DNA of 64,000 nt from Rubripirellula sp. (GTDB lineage: Bacteria > Planctomycetota > Planctomycetia > Pirellulales > Pirellulaceae): the NCBI GenBank assembly GCA_041740415.1, contig JBGSLZ010000052.1:2789-66788 (forward strand), written 5' to 3'. This document shows positions 9,701-19,455 of this stretch, piece after piece (the first letter of the stretch is position 1; each line of letters begins with the position of its first letter). The translations under genes and the position numbers were made by a program. The notes beneath the pieces are model-generated. The model saw nothing but the letters and a program-made list of their open reading frames with translations. It was not told where the DNA came from and did not search any database.

Positions 9701-12288
9701 AGATGAGTCCGCGCGGACGCGAATTCGTGATCCGCATAACTGGCGTCGCGTATCCATTGACCGGCTTGGTCCGAGTTGTTTTCATTCTTAATGCGATCTC
9801 GCGATTGGTTCCCGGTCTCGCCCGCCCGCTTCATCGTTTCGATCAGATTGGCGAGCGACCCGATCTCGTTCATGATTTCGCGAGACATCTGATGCAGCGT
9901 CGATGCCACTTGCCCGTCGATCATCGAGTGAACGTATTTGCCATCGGTTTCGGCATCGAATTGACGCACGATGCTGCGAAACTGATCTTCGGCGGGCGCC
10001 TCGATCGACAAATCTCGCAGTCGCGTGCCCCAGTTCTGAGACCAATTCGTCCACTGTTCAAAGTGTCGACGCGTCGACTCGGGAAGCATGGCGGAGTGTT
10101 GTTCAACCAACCGATCGATTGCTTCCAATCGACCCGTTACCACGGTCAAGTATCGCGAGAAACGATCGATCGGAATCGACGATTTGTCGCCGACGAGCGG
10201 TCGCAGGCTGCGACGGAGCGAGTACACATCCGACGAAGTGGCCAACGTGAAACGCTGCGCGAATTCGGCCCGCATCAATCGTTCGATCCGCGACGCTTGT
10301 TGGGCGAAACGCTGTGAGTTGTTGGAAAGATCGCGAAGTTTATTCTCGCGTTGACCCTTCCACGAAGGATGCTGTTCGGCGATAGCGACATCGACTGCCG
10401 CAAACAGATTTCGCATCCGCGCGTCGGTATCGATCAGCCCACGACCGATCAGCTCGATCGTCCGCGCTTCAGCCAATGACGGCGAGGCGATCGTTTGGCG
10501 ACGGATCATTTTCAGCAGCGGCGCGGTCGTCTTGGCAAGCTCCATCGCCGCATCCCGCTGCACGGCGATCGCATCGGCTTCGCCCTGCTGGATTGGATCT
10601 TTCGCTTGCTCGAAGATGGCCTTCGCGCGGTCGGCCCACTCCGTCACCACGCCAGTCAACCGCGAGACCGAATCGAGATGCTTGTGACGGTCGGCATCAA
10701 AATCGTCGTCGGCCACCAACAGTTCGATGAACGGTGATTCACCGCGCTGGCCCAATCGATCGACGGCGACCAACCGAGTGCGAATGATGTCGCCGCCCGA
10801 CAACTTCGCGGATTCCTTATCAGCGGTCGCGCGATGCAACAGGTCCCAGTCCCACTTGACGTTGATCTCGCGCGCCGCAGCCTCGATCGCAACGCTTCGT
10901 TCGGTCAGCGGCTCGCGATTGAGTTGGAACTCTTGAACCATTCGGTCCATCGGCAAATCGTCCGTCGCGAAAGCCGAGAAGGAAACAACATCGAGCGGCG
11001 AAACCAAAACAGACGGCGGCTGCTGCTCGGACCAGCGAACTCGCGGCGCGACATCGACGATCGGCGTGATCGTGTACTGAGGACTGAACGGATTGTTGAG
11101 TCGTGACCGGCTACTTGTTGCATCGATTTGGTACTGACCCGGCGTTTTGATCGGCACGATCGTTCGGAAAATTTCGCGTGATCCCTCGACCGATTCCAAC
11201 TGATACGTCGGCCCACGAGCACCGAAGAGCAGCTTGGCATCGTCGACGGCTTCGTCAAACGTGATCGTCAGCTTGGCACGCGTACCGACGAGTGCTTCTA
11301 GGTCGCCGTGATCCGATTCTTCGATGCGGTTATCGATCTTGGCGTACGACGGAAACTCATAATCTTTCGTGAACAACTTCACGCGCGGGCGCGGCAGCGG
11401 TGTCAGCGTGTGCCACAACGTGATCGCGTCACCAGCGATGATCCGATAATCGACCGGATCGTTTCCGACCAACAAGTTCGCGGCGTAACGATCGCTGGAA
11501 ACTTCGCCGGTTTGCGAAGCGGTCGAACGCGGCGTCATTTGCGTTTCGCCTTCGCTGCCGTCTCGCATCCGCCAAATCATCGTCACTTCGTCGGCCAACA
11601 CTCCGCCCATCCGAACGTTGACGGCGACCGCGTCGCCTTGCGCGACGAAACCGGTCGGCGGCGACGGTGCTTCGATGGTCAAAGTCGTCAGCGACGCACG
11701 CTGGATCGCCATCCCGGGCAACATCGCGCGGGCAAACCGTCTCGCGAATTGAGCTTGCGGAATCACCGTCAACATCGCCGCCAGAGATACCAACAACGCG
11801 CCGGCGATCATCCATCGATAAACCATTTGCAGTGGCAACAGCCGCGCGACATCGATCATGACCGTCCGACGAGCGATGCTGTGTTGCAACCGCTGGCGGA
11901 ATGATTCCGAACCGTTGGCCTGATCGGGGTCCGCAAGCTCAACCGCCGACAACAAATCTTCGCGAAGCCGTGGGTCGACGGACTCGAGTTGCCGCGCCAG
12001 TTGCTTGGGATCGTGCTGGCCGATGTGACGCAGACCGAACCACCAAGCGGCCGCGAGCGTGACCGCGTAACCGCACGCACTCAGCGCCCATCGCACCGGA
12101 TCGGACAACAACCAGACAAAATCGCAAGCAGCGATCAACAGCATCGCGGTCACCAACACGATCGCGGCCGCGGCGATCGCGCGCACGATCAACAGCACTC
12201 GTCGCCGCTTCGCGAACAGTTGCAACGCATCGATCGTTTCGGGACTGAGTCCGACTGGGTTGGTCCATCCGGTTGAGATCGTCGACAT
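6718..12288 (-). CDS. Very large membrane-anchored coiled-coil protein (DUF4175-like)
   Basis: N-terminal TM helices, Ig-like segment (YPSY..G, DDLP), long Q/E/A-rich coiled coil, C-terminal DPWGQL...YRKEIEAYF. Start 12288 abuts the upstream stop at 12291. Confidence 0.85.
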   Translation of the reverse strand: MSTISTGWTNPVGLSPETIDALQLFAKRRRVLLIVRAIAAAAIVLVTAMLLIAACDFVWLLSDPVRWALSACGYAVTLAAAWWFGLRHIGQHDPKQLARQLESVDPRLREDLLSAVELADPDQANGSESFRQRLQHSIARRTVMIDVARLLPLQMVYRWMIAGALLVSLAAMLTVIPQAQFARRFARAMLPGMAIQRASLTTLTIEAPSPPTGFVAQGDAVAVNVRMGGVLADEVTMIWRMRDGSEGETQMTPRSTASQTGEVSSDRYAANLLVGNDPVDYRIIAGDAITLWHTLTPLPRPRVKLFTKDYEFPSYAKIDNRIEESDHGDLEALVGTRAKLTITFDEAVDDAKLLFGARGPTYQLESVEGSREIFRTIVPIKTPGQYQIDATSSRSRLNNPFSPQYTITPIVDVAPRVRWSEQQPPSVLVSPLDVVSFSAFATDDLPMDRMVQEFQLNREPLTERSVAIEAAAREINVKWDWDLLHRATADKESAKLSGGDIIRTRLVAVDRLGQRGESPFIELLVADDDFDADRHKHLDSVSRLTGVVTEWADRAKAIFEQAKDPIQQGEADAIAVQRDAAMELAKTTAPLLKMIRRQTIASPSLAEARTIELIGRGLIDTDARMRNLFAAVDVAIAEQHPSWKGQRENKLRDLSNNSQRFAQQASRIERLMRAEFAQRFTLATSSDVYSLRRSLRPLVGDKSSIPIDRFSRYLTVVTGRLEAIDRLVEQHSAMLPESTRRHFEQWTNWSQNWGTRLRDLSIEAPAEDQFRSIVRQFDAETDGKYVHSMIDGQVASTLHQMSREIMNEIGSLANLIETMKRAGETGNQSRDRIKNENNSDQAGQWIRDASYADHEFASARTHLAERVEGESTLHRELPSVDLQYAADLNLIGRAIDNVAGSGFANYRDEPAGEVHQKLTVAFKLIEGNHEAGMLLRELKALADAERRLRGGAISKIEHSNWIQRFGTLMEWPSQTMQQSGLDWKQIEPIDRSRYNDTFNQSRDRITRRLWSGDDIVSAESPLQTLVTGMETGLSAIGPKVDEARQTILNYVLTLPEQAAKAAEEAKQAKQENEKRQDDSAKEAERLAEQQEEAQQDAKETLEALVDFANTAELDQAEQRELARDADAASAQIQDAMKRADQAVDAAKEAADDGERKESLDQNAAALEDLAKSLEQTSEHFQKAAEGQDVSESREQLRKAEAELEIDQQLQERFDRAKAMADAAQGSPEELMERLEKELQRNEPMQNELSEISKQAAKTAQASLEQSARDEANVNQSLERSDASFQESKARAARELANLARRSASVDQSLLSSAERAAGSAETPAAIEQARKAHEVLRDAVEEANRMGGEQAPLNKIQQTAQQMSKAIDQANEALKKLDESASAAKDKPIYGDDKQRLERESQQFERMERDARTQRTRAANQEQQDWSNAQRDADRRMQQAQRQLRDVERRKEEVEKRIKKEENNREGLDNQLADLNRQADEMKESEQSARESSDFAKERADEAREREKELGRQRLDKLDKPNPAAQLTERMAEQATEELAQIQQQLKELSQIGEKAAELRAPKQQAESLTRQQNQIAGDVNEAVEQLQRAARHEQRLGNQQPAGQLDQVAEQVAEGAKQAAEDAADALQEATEQSEKSAAANQKVTEAEQKIRDAAKSVAQVGEAQEQPGQPSPDAQAAEGAGEERARQLAQTLDELDRAMAKSEQGEGEQGEQAQGEQGQPGQQPGSEPGGKPSGKPSSAAQASPTLASMMEAQSQNAARQRQQQLNPSPAGEGEPSDDPTASGQPATESGSGEMPGGGMVDTAGVERIGDPWGQLRERRTDDAAESSAPNVPAQYRKEIEAYFRAIARQAAEKE

Positions 12289-12290
12289 CG

Positions 12291-14636
12291 TTAAACCAAC
12301 CCCGCTCGTTTGCGAAACCACCACTCAAGGCCGAGCAGTAAAATCACGGCCCAAAACCAGTAAAAAGACTGCCACACCAAAACATCGGACTCAACGATCG
12401 TACCGGACGAAAGCGGACGCAATCGATCGAGAATCTGTGACGCCGATGACTCGTGAAAGTAAACGCCGCCGCCCGAGTCGGCGATCTGAGTCAGCGAGTT
12501 CTTATCAAGGCTGATTCGATTCCATTCGGCACTATCGCCCGGGCCGACCCAAATCGGCGTCGTCGCTTGCAACGCTTCCGCATCGAAACCGCTGGCCCGA
12601 ATCCGCACGCTGTACGCGCCCGGTTCCAATGGCCCCGTCGTGCCTTGATAGGTTCCACGAGCCGGATCGTCGATCGCCAGCGGCACCGTCGCGACGACTT
12701 GGTTGTCGGCGATGATCATCGCATCGACTGTCGCATCACCCACCGGTTTGCCACCCGCGTCTTGCAAGCGAGCGCGAACGATCGCGCTCGCGCCGGGACC
12801 GTACTCGATCTTGTCCGTACCGATCGCCACGTAATCATCGGCCGCCGAATAAGGCGGCTGCATCACGGCCGCCAACAACTGATTCCAAAACCTCGCGTGA
12901 AAACGATCGGCAACCTTGTAACGCCACCGCCATGTTTCGTCCGACGCAATGTAGATGACGCGTCCGGCGCCGAACAAACGAGTCACCAACCATGGCGACT
13001 TAAGACCATCGACGCCCTTCGCATCAGCCCAGCTCTCGGCGCCCTCTTGCACTTCGACGCGAACGGCAGAGACTGGCGCGGGCAACTGAGTCCAAAACTT
13101 TTCCAGCTCCGACTGTTCACCGCCCAAGTTCAAGACCGGCTGTTCGCCACCGATCCGCGTCGGCGCGACGGACACGATCATCGCGGGCGGCTGGTCGGTG
13201 AAGCGGACGGGGATCAGATCGCTCAGCGAGTCCGTGGCGATCTGTTTAATTCGATCGTAGCGGCCGTCGATCACGACGAGCCCACCGCCGCGCGTGACAA
13301 ACTCTCGCAACAGATTCGCGTCGGCCGGTTCCAATTGCTCCGGCGGAATCTCGCCCATCACGATCGCGTCGTAACGTCCCATCGCTTCGCGCGAACGGGG
13401 AAACTGGCCCGGTTCATCGCCCCGTCTCAGCCGCGGCATGTCCGTACCCGCTCCATACAGAATCGTGTCGACCGACCACGCCGGATCGCGCATGAACAAG
13501 TTTCGGATGTAACGCATTTCCCAGCGGCTCGAGCCGTCGATCACCAACAACCGACGATCGCGAGTCGACGCGGCGACGCGAAACGCCGACACGTTGTTGG
13601 CCGCCGAAGTGTCACCGTCGACGGGTTCGACGACCGCGCGCAGATCCATCACCACGGTGTTTCGCTGGACGCCACGAGTGGCGGCGGCAGTGCTGCCCGC
13701 GATCACCTTCGCAACATCCAGCTCGAACGGCACCGACTGTCCCGATGCGGTGGTCGCTTTGACGGTCTTCTGCCAAATCACTTCGCCGCCGTCACCCGAT
13801 TCGATTCGCAAGGAAATGTCGCGGCCCGAAACGCCGTGCTGAGTCAGTTCGATCGATCCGGCCAGTTTGCCGTCCGCCGCGACCGAATCGGGTCGAACGA
13901 CCTGCACGATCGCAACCTCCGTCGGCTCGTTCTCGCTGCCCAAGCCGATCGTGTAAACCTCCGCGCCCGCCGCCTTAAGCGGCGCCGCCAAATCCATCGC
14001 CGATACACCGGAATTGTCGCGACCGTCCGACAATATCACTAGGGCCGAACGATTCAGCACGGATTCCTCCGGTGCAGTCTCTTGTGACGCCGATTCTTGA
14101 GTCGCCATTGTGGATAGCGCCGATGACAAACTGGTCCGCGCTCCGTCCGCGTCGATCGTGATCGTTGTCAGCTGGTTCGATTCGCCGTCGTCATTCTTGC
14201 TCGTCCAGACCGTTGACGGATCGCCACTGCTGAACCGGGCGACCTCGACATCGTGCGTCGAGCTAAGCGATTCGACGAAGCCGGGGTTCTCGGCGTCGCC
14301 GACCAACATCCGCAGCGCCCGCTCGATCCGACTCGGGCTCGACTGGTCGCCTTCGCTGTCGTTCACACTCATGCTTGCCGACGAGTCGACCGCGAACACG
14401 ACTTTGCCCAATGTTCCAACCGTGATTCGGCGATGCCAAATCGGACCCGCCAAAATCAAGATCACCATCGCAACCGCCGACGCACGCAGCGCGGGCAACA
14501 GATAGTTGTAAGGTGCGGCAACCACACGGCTCTCGCGTAGGTACAACCATGCGACGCCAAGCGCGGCCGCTGCTGCCACGCCGAAAACCAGCCATGGCGA
14601 AAGATCGCCGGCGAATCGAATCGACGCCAACATCAT
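12291..14636 (-). CDS. vWA domain plus glutamine amidotransferase-like domain membrane protein
   Basis: MIDAS DSSAS and LSDGRDN; RWEMRY, GGGLVVIDG, TWRWRY; C-terminal TM plus EWWFRKR. ATGA overlap with the upstream gene. Confidence 0.85.
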   Translation of the reverse strand: MMLASIRFAGDLSPWLVFGVAAAAALGVAWLYLRESRVVAAPYNYLLPALRASAVAMVILILAGPIWHRRITVGTLGKVVFAVDSSASMSVNDSEGDQSSPSRIERALRMLVGDAENPGFVESLSSTHDVEVARFSSGDPSTVWTSKNDDGESNQLTTITIDADGARTSLSSALSTMATQESASQETAPEESVLNRSALVILSDGRDNSGVSAMDLAAPLKAAGAEVYTIGLGSENEPTEVAIVQVVRPDSVAADGKLAGSIELTQHGVSGRDISLRIESGDGGEVIWQKTVKATTASGQSVPFELDVAKVIAGSTAAATRGVQRNTVVMDLRAVVEPVDGDTSAANNVSAFRVAASTRDRRLLVIDGSSRWEMRYIRNLFMRDPAWSVDTILYGAGTDMPRLRRGDEPGQFPRSREAMGRYDAIVMGEIPPEQLEPADANLLREFVTRGGGLVVIDGRYDRIKQIATDSLSDLIPVRFTDQPPAMIVSVAPTRIGGEQPVLNLGGEQSELEKFWTQLPAPVSAVRVEVQEGAESWADAKGVDGLKSPWLVTRLFGAGRVIYIASDETWRWRYKVADRFHARFWNQLLAAVMQPPYSAADDYVAIGTDKIEYGPGASAIVRARLQDAGGKPVGDATVDAMIIADNQVVATVPLAIDDPARGTYQGTTGPLEPGAYSVRIRASGFDAEALQATTPIWVGPGDSAEWNRISLDKNSLTQIADSGGGVYFHESSASQILDRLRPLSSGTIVESDVLVWQSFYWFWAVILLLGLEWWFRKRAGLV

Positions 14637-16948
14637 GTCGCGTCTCCCGTCGGCCATGTCGACGGCGGGGTCTTCGATGAAGCGCCACCGAGCGAACGCT
14701 TCCCACGGAGTCCCCGTTGCTGCAAGAACAGTTCGCCCACCATTCCGATTAACAGCGCCACCAACAACCAACGCCACACTTCGCGTCCGAATCGCCGAGT
14801 TTGATCGTCCGATGTCAGCGAACTAACCTCACCGTACACCTGGGCGCCGATGATCTCGGCCGCATGGGACAACCGAGACGCATCGACGTCGCGGAGCTGC
14901 GATTCGATGGCCGGCACTTCGGCGACGCGAATCGTTTGAGTCGTGATCGGTTCGCCGCCCATGACCGGCGTCGTTTGACGAACGCGATAGGTTCCGACGA
15001 GCGCCGCGTCACCGAGCATCAACGACGTCGCCGCTTCACCAACCGGCTGGGTCGCCGCGATCGTCCCTGATGGATCTTCGGTTGCGTAAGTCGGAGGTTT
15101 TGACGAATCAGTTTTCGCATCACTCGGAATCAGCGCCGTCAACTCGGCCGTCGGAACGCTGATCGGTGCGCCCACATCGAGCGTCGTTTGTTTGCGCGAA
15201 CCCGCCAAGTCGAGCACCATCTGCTGCATCATCGGCAGGAACACCAACCGCATCGGCCAGTTCGACCAATCACCGTCGCAGGGAATCGCGAATTGAACGA
15301 TTTGCCCGCCACCTTGTCGCGAGGCGATAACCACTGGATCGCCCGACACGAACGACAGTAGCGTTATCCTCGCCGCCCCCGTTGCCACATCAGCCGCGTC
15401 GATTTCCAATTTGCGATAGCCGCCGACATCGACATCTGCCAGCGGGCGGTTGCTGGTGGTTGCACCGGAGCCGCCGCTGATGATGTTCCACGCCGCATAC
15501 TGGCGGTTCAAGTCGCCGATGGGAAACAGTTCGGCTTCGCGATCGGTGCTGACCGGGCCTCCAACGACCTCACCCATTTTGGCCGGTAAACGCCATGTCG
15601 CGTCGTCCTTCTTCCAAATGTCGTTGTACGCATCCGGTTTGATCTTGTCTCCGTCGAACACAATCAACGAACCGCCTTCATTAACGAATCGCGCCAATCG
15701 TTCTCGTGCCGCATCGTCAGGCTTGGCGACATTGGCCAGAACGACAATGTCCGGCGACTGTTCGTCGATCTCCGCGACCAACTTCGACTCGATCGTCTTC
15801 GACGTCCGCACGGCATCGGGTTGATCTTGACCACCAAACGCAAACGGACTCAGCGCGATCGCTAAGAAATCGGTTTCGCCGGCGAGCGGTCGGTTGCTCG
15901 GGTCACCGTCGACCAACAGCACATTGATCTCGCGAATCACATCGACGCCGATCGTCCGCGAATTGTCGTCCGGCAACGCGTCCGAATGTTCGACACTCAG
16001 CGTGATCGGATTCACGCCGACATCCGTGATTTTATGCGTCAACCGGGCCGTCACTGATGCGCGGGGCGGGATCGTGACAGTTCGTGGCGGCAGCGGCTTT
16101 CCGGCGACTGACCAAGCCACGCGAAGATCGCGAAGCGGTGAGTCGCCCGCGTTGCGAATTCGCGCCGAAAATTTGGCTGAACGTCCCGCCACGACCGCTG
16201 GCGAATCCGATTCGATCGCGTCAACGGACACGTTTGCGACCTTGTCTGATTCGACGCCGACGTTCAGAAAACTGATGCTCGGTCGGATCGACGCTTCATC
16301 AAGCGAAGTCTTCAAACGCTCGAGCGTTTCGATTGCCCCGTCGCCAACGATGTGACTCTGGAAATCAGACGCCACGATGATTTGACGTTGCATATGCGTC
16401 GCGTTCTCCGAAGCTTCTGCCGCGGATTGTACGATGCGACCCAGTTCAACCGGCCCACCCTCGGCTTTGATTTCCTTGATGGCGCGAATCGCATCGGTCG
16501 CGCCCATCGAACCGGCAACCCGATCGATCGAGTTCGTGCCCAACAGAATCACTTCATCTTGTCGCGACAGGGACTCGAGCATCGTCGTCAGTTCGCGTTT
16601 GACCCGTTCGATTCGAGGCTGCCCATCGGCATCTCGCGCCGCCATGCTGCGACTTTCGTCCACCGCAATCACGATCGTCCGCGGCTGGTCGCCGGGCAAC
16701 GAACGAAACCCGGTCAACACCGGCCGCGCCAAACAGAACGCCAACAAAACTGGCAACAAACAGCGAAGCAGCAACAGCAATAGATTCAGCAACTCGATCC
16801 GCCGCCGATTGATTCGCACGACGCTGTCGAGCAAGTGCATGGCGCCCCAATCGACCGTGCGAAACCGGCTGCGCGAAAGCAAGTGAATCGCCAGCGGGAT
16901 CGTGAACGCGAGCGCTCCCAGAGCCAGAAGTCCGTTCAGTAACGTCAC
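14633..16948 (-). CDS. BatA-domain / vWA protein
   Basis: N-terminal PLAIHLL...WGAMHLL...LLLLLRCLLPVLLAFCLARP (BatA), DESRSM MIDAS, ASDFQ, C-terminal EVWRWLL TM. Confidence 0.88.
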   Translation of the reverse strand: MTLLNGLLALGALAFTIPLAIHLLSRSRFRTVDWGAMHLLDSVVRINRRRIELLNLLLLLLRCLLPVLLAFCLARPVLTGFRSLPGDQPRTIVIAVDESRSMAARDADGQPRIERVKRELTTMLESLSRQDEVILLGTNSIDRVAGSMGATDAIRAIKEIKAEGGPVELGRIVQSAAEASENATHMQRQIIVASDFQSHIVGDGAIETLERLKTSLDEASIRPSISFLNVGVESDKVANVSVDAIESDSPAVVAGRSAKFSARIRNAGDSPLRDLRVAWSVAGKPLPPRTVTIPPRASVTARLTHKITDVGVNPITLSVEHSDALPDDNSRTIGVDVIREINVLLVDGDPSNRPLAGETDFLAIALSPFAFGGQDQPDAVRTSKTIESKLVAEIDEQSPDIVVLANVAKPDDAARERLARFVNEGGSLIVFDGDKIKPDAYNDIWKKDDATWRLPAKMGEVVGGPVSTDREAELFPIGDLNRQYAAWNIISGGSGATTSNRPLADVDVGGYRKLEIDAADVATGAARITLLSFVSGDPVVIASRQGGGQIVQFAIPCDGDWSNWPMRLVFLPMMQQMVLDLAGSRKQTTLDVGAPISVPTAELTALIPSDAKTDSSKPPTYATEDPSGTIAATQPVGEAATSLMLGDAALVGTYRVRQTTPVMGGEPITTQTIRVAEVPAIESQLRDVDASRLSHAAEIIGAQVYGEVSSLTSDDQTRRFGREVWRWLLVALLIGMVGELFLQQRGLRGKRSLGGASSKTPPSTWPTGDAT

Positions 16949-17886
16949 CGAATTCGACTCCGCATCGCGAAGTACTCGTGCAACGCATCATCGAACGGAC
17001 GATCGGTCGTGATCGGAAAATGATCGACTCGATTGCGGCGACACGCACTCTGGATCGCGGCTTGGTGTTCTTTCAACCGTTGCAAATAGGCGTCGCGGAT
17101 CGAGCGTGAATCGACGATGTGTTCGTTGGCGACGTTTTCCAAATTGCGAAACTGAACGCGCCCCGTGAACGGAAAGTCCATCTCGTCAGGATCCATCACT
17201 TGAAAGAACAACACTTCGTGGTTCTTCGATCGTAACAGCGTCAACGAGCGGGCGATGGACGCGACGTCGCCCATCGCGTCGGAGATGATGATCACCAAAC
17301 CGCGACGACCGAGTTTCGATGCAACCTTTTGGAACACGCCGCCCAAATCGGTCTCACGTTGGGTGGCGTCATGCGCGAGCGTCCGCATCACCAACTTCAA
17401 GTGCGACGGACGGCTGCGCGGCGGAATCTGATCGCGTGGAGCATCATCGAAAGTAATCAGCCCGACCGCGTCTTGTTGGGCCAGCATCAGGTACGTCAAT
17501 GAAGCGGCCAACGTCTGCGCGTAATCGTACTTGGTTTTGCCGCCGATTCTGTTCGCCGCCGCCCGCTCGCCGCCGTACCGCATCGATCCGCTGCGGTCGA
17601 CCAGCAGCGTGCAACGAAGATTCGTTTCTTCCTCGAATTCGCGGATGTACAGGCGGTCGCTCTTGGCGAACACTTTCCAGTCGATGTTGCGGAGTTCGTC
17701 GCCGGGGACGTACGGCCGATGCTCTTTGAACTCGACGCTGAATCCCTTGTGCGGCGAACGATGCCGGCCGGAGCAAAAGCCCTCAACGACTTGGCGGGCG
17801 AGCATTTGCAGCCGCGCGACGCGCGAGAGTTCTTTGGGCGAAACGAGGTCAAGGATTCGCATATCGGCAGGCGGGTCCGAAAACAC
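16945..17886 (-). CDS. DUF58 family protein
   Basis: GRHRSPHKGFSVEFKEHRPYVPGDELRNIDWK, DRSGSM, ISD; alternative ATG start at 17862. Confidence 0.92.
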   Translation of the reverse strand: MFSDPPADMRILDLVSPKELSRVARLQMLARQVVEGFCSGRHRSPHKGFSVEFKEHRPYVPGDELRNIDWKVFAKSDRLYIREFEEETNLRCTLLVDRSGSMRYGGERAAANRIGGKTKYDYAQTLAASLTYLMLAQQDAVGLITFDDAPRDQIPPRSRPSHLKLVMRTLAHDATQRETDLGGVFQKVASKLGRRGLVIIISDAMGDVASIARSLTLLRSKNHEVLFFQVMDPDEMDFPFTGRVQFRNLENVANEHIVDSRSIRDAYLQRLKEHQAAIQSACRRNRVDHFPITTDRPFDDALHEYFAMRSRIR

Positions 17887-18019
17887 AGTCGGGGTGGGAA
17901 CACGCCATTGTAGCCGAATCCGCAGCGACCGTTGCCGCCAGCCGCCTCAAATCGACGCCGCCCGGGCGTCGTGCCGGTAACCGTTGGATCGGACGCAATG
18001 CCACCTAGTTTCTGCATTT

Positions 18020-18090
18020 ATCAGCCGGAATGTGTTAGCGTCCGGTTTTGGAATGCTGCAAAAACCCGACGCTAATGCGTTCCGGCCGAT
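18020..18090. repeat. REP-like inverted doublet (family B)
   Basis: ATCAGCCGGAATGTGTTAGCGTCCGGTT and inverted AACCCGACGCTAATGCGTTCCGGCCGAT; the same core recurs at 41081 and about 52349. Confidence 0.8.
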
Positions 18091-18363
18091 TTTGGGGGCG
18101 ACTCGGTTGGATACAAAGTCGATGGCATTGGGCTTGCGCCGTACCGCTGCCTTTTCAATCAACGGCAATCGCCAAACGTGATTTGCGATTGCGTCGACTC
18201 GGAATCATGGTAGCCTCGCACGTTGGCCTGCGCGAATCGATCATCAAGGCACGCTCCGACTTCTTGCTGTTGGAGTGTTTCGTTTCGCAATCCGCTTTTT
18301 GCTCTTGTCGGGGATACTCTTCGGCAGACGAACCGCAGCAGGTCTCTGGTTCGCCAACGGCCC

Positions 18364-19455
18364 ATGCTCGATCGACTTTCCGACACACTTTTACTTCGAC
18401 CTTGCGACATCCAACCGTCGCAAGCTGGCTGGGAAGTCATCGGCGTCTTCAATCCTGCCGTGACGATCTGTGGCGACGAGCGGGTGATGATCGCGAGAGT
18501 CGCCGAGCGACCGATCGAGATGCGTCCCGGATTCACGGCCCTGCCCCATTGGATACCCGGGGCCCATTGGATACACGGGGCCCATTGGATACACCGCGGC
18601 GAAGCGGCAGTCGATTGGGTTCGCGATGAAGACTTGCACAAAACGGATGCTCGCGTCGTTTCACTCAATCACAACGGCAATCTGCGACTGACATCGGTCT
18701 CTCATTTTCAAATCTTTCGTCAGTCGATCAATGGCAACGAATCTTGGACATTCCATGATGCGTTGTTTCCCGAGGGTGCGTTAGAAGAATATGGCATCGA
18801 AGATCCTCGAATTACCAAGATCGACGACACCTACTGGATCACCTACGTCGCGGTATCGCGAGCGGGTGCGGCGACGGCCTTGTTATCGTCGACGGATCTG
18901 ATCAACTTTCAACGCCACGGAATCATCTTCGCGAGCGAGAATAAGGACGTCGTGCTATTCCCCCAGCGTATCGCGAATGAATATGTCGCGCTACATCGTC
19001 CGAATCCGCGATCCCACTTTCATCCGCCGCAAATTTGGATCGCCCGCTCACCCGATCTCATTCATTGGGGTCGACATGAACCGATTCTCAGTGGCAACCA
19101 GGCGTGGGAAGGAGATCGCGTGGGCAGTGGAACGCCGCCGATCTTGGTCGACGAAGGTTGGCTGACGATCTATCACGGCAGCGCAACCTCCAACGTCGCG
19201 GGAACCGTCGGAATCTATGCCGCTGGCGCGGTGCTACTCGATCGAAACGATCCGGCCCGCGTGATAGCGCGGTCCAGCGAACCGGTTATGATACCGATGA
19301 ATGAATACGAGACAAGCGGATTTGTACCCCATGTCGTTTTCCCGACGGCCATGTTGGATGATGGCGACGAATTGCAAGTATTCTACGGAGCCGCCGACAC
19401 GTCGGTCGCCATGATTCGTCTTTCAAAGCGGTCGGTTCTCGGCACCTTGAAATGA
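18364..19455 (+). CDS. Glycoside hydrolase family 130 protein (beta-mannoside phosphorylase-like)
   Basis: VFNPA, GIEDPRI, NKDVVLFP, LHRP, GSGTPP, VVFP; no signal peptide. Confidence 0.88.
   Translation: MLDRLSDTLLLRPCDIQPSQAGWEVIGVFNPAVTICGDERVMIARVAERPIEMRPGFTALPHWIPGAHWIHGAHWIHRGEAAVDWVRDEDLHKTDARVVSLNHNGNLRLTSVSHFQIFRQSINGNESWTFHDALFPEGALEEYGIEDPRITKIDDTYWITYVAVSRAGAATALLSSTDLINFQRHGIIFASENKDVVLFPQRIANEYVALHRPNPRSHFHPPQIWIARSPDLIHWGRHEPILSGNQAWEGDRVGSGTPPILVDEGWLTIYHGSATSNVAGTVGIYAAGAVLLDRNDPARVIARSSEPVMIPMNEYETSGFVPHVVFPTAMLDDGDELQVFYGAADTSVAMIRLSKRSVLGTLK
18545..18598 (+). repeat. In-frame 18-bp tandem repeat x3 (HWIPGA/HWIHGA/HWIHRG)
   Basis: cccattggatacccgggg / cccattggatacacgggg / cccattggatacaccgcg. 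Confidence 0.9.

Noticed and set aside
7291-10317. 1008-aa Leu/Arg-rich plus-strand ORF
   Set aside because: Antisense to the coiled-coil gene; its composition is the mirror of Q/E/A codons in GC-rich DNA.
12453-14042. 529-aa plus-strand ORF
   Set aside because: Antisense to the vWA/GATase gene, which fits the operon.
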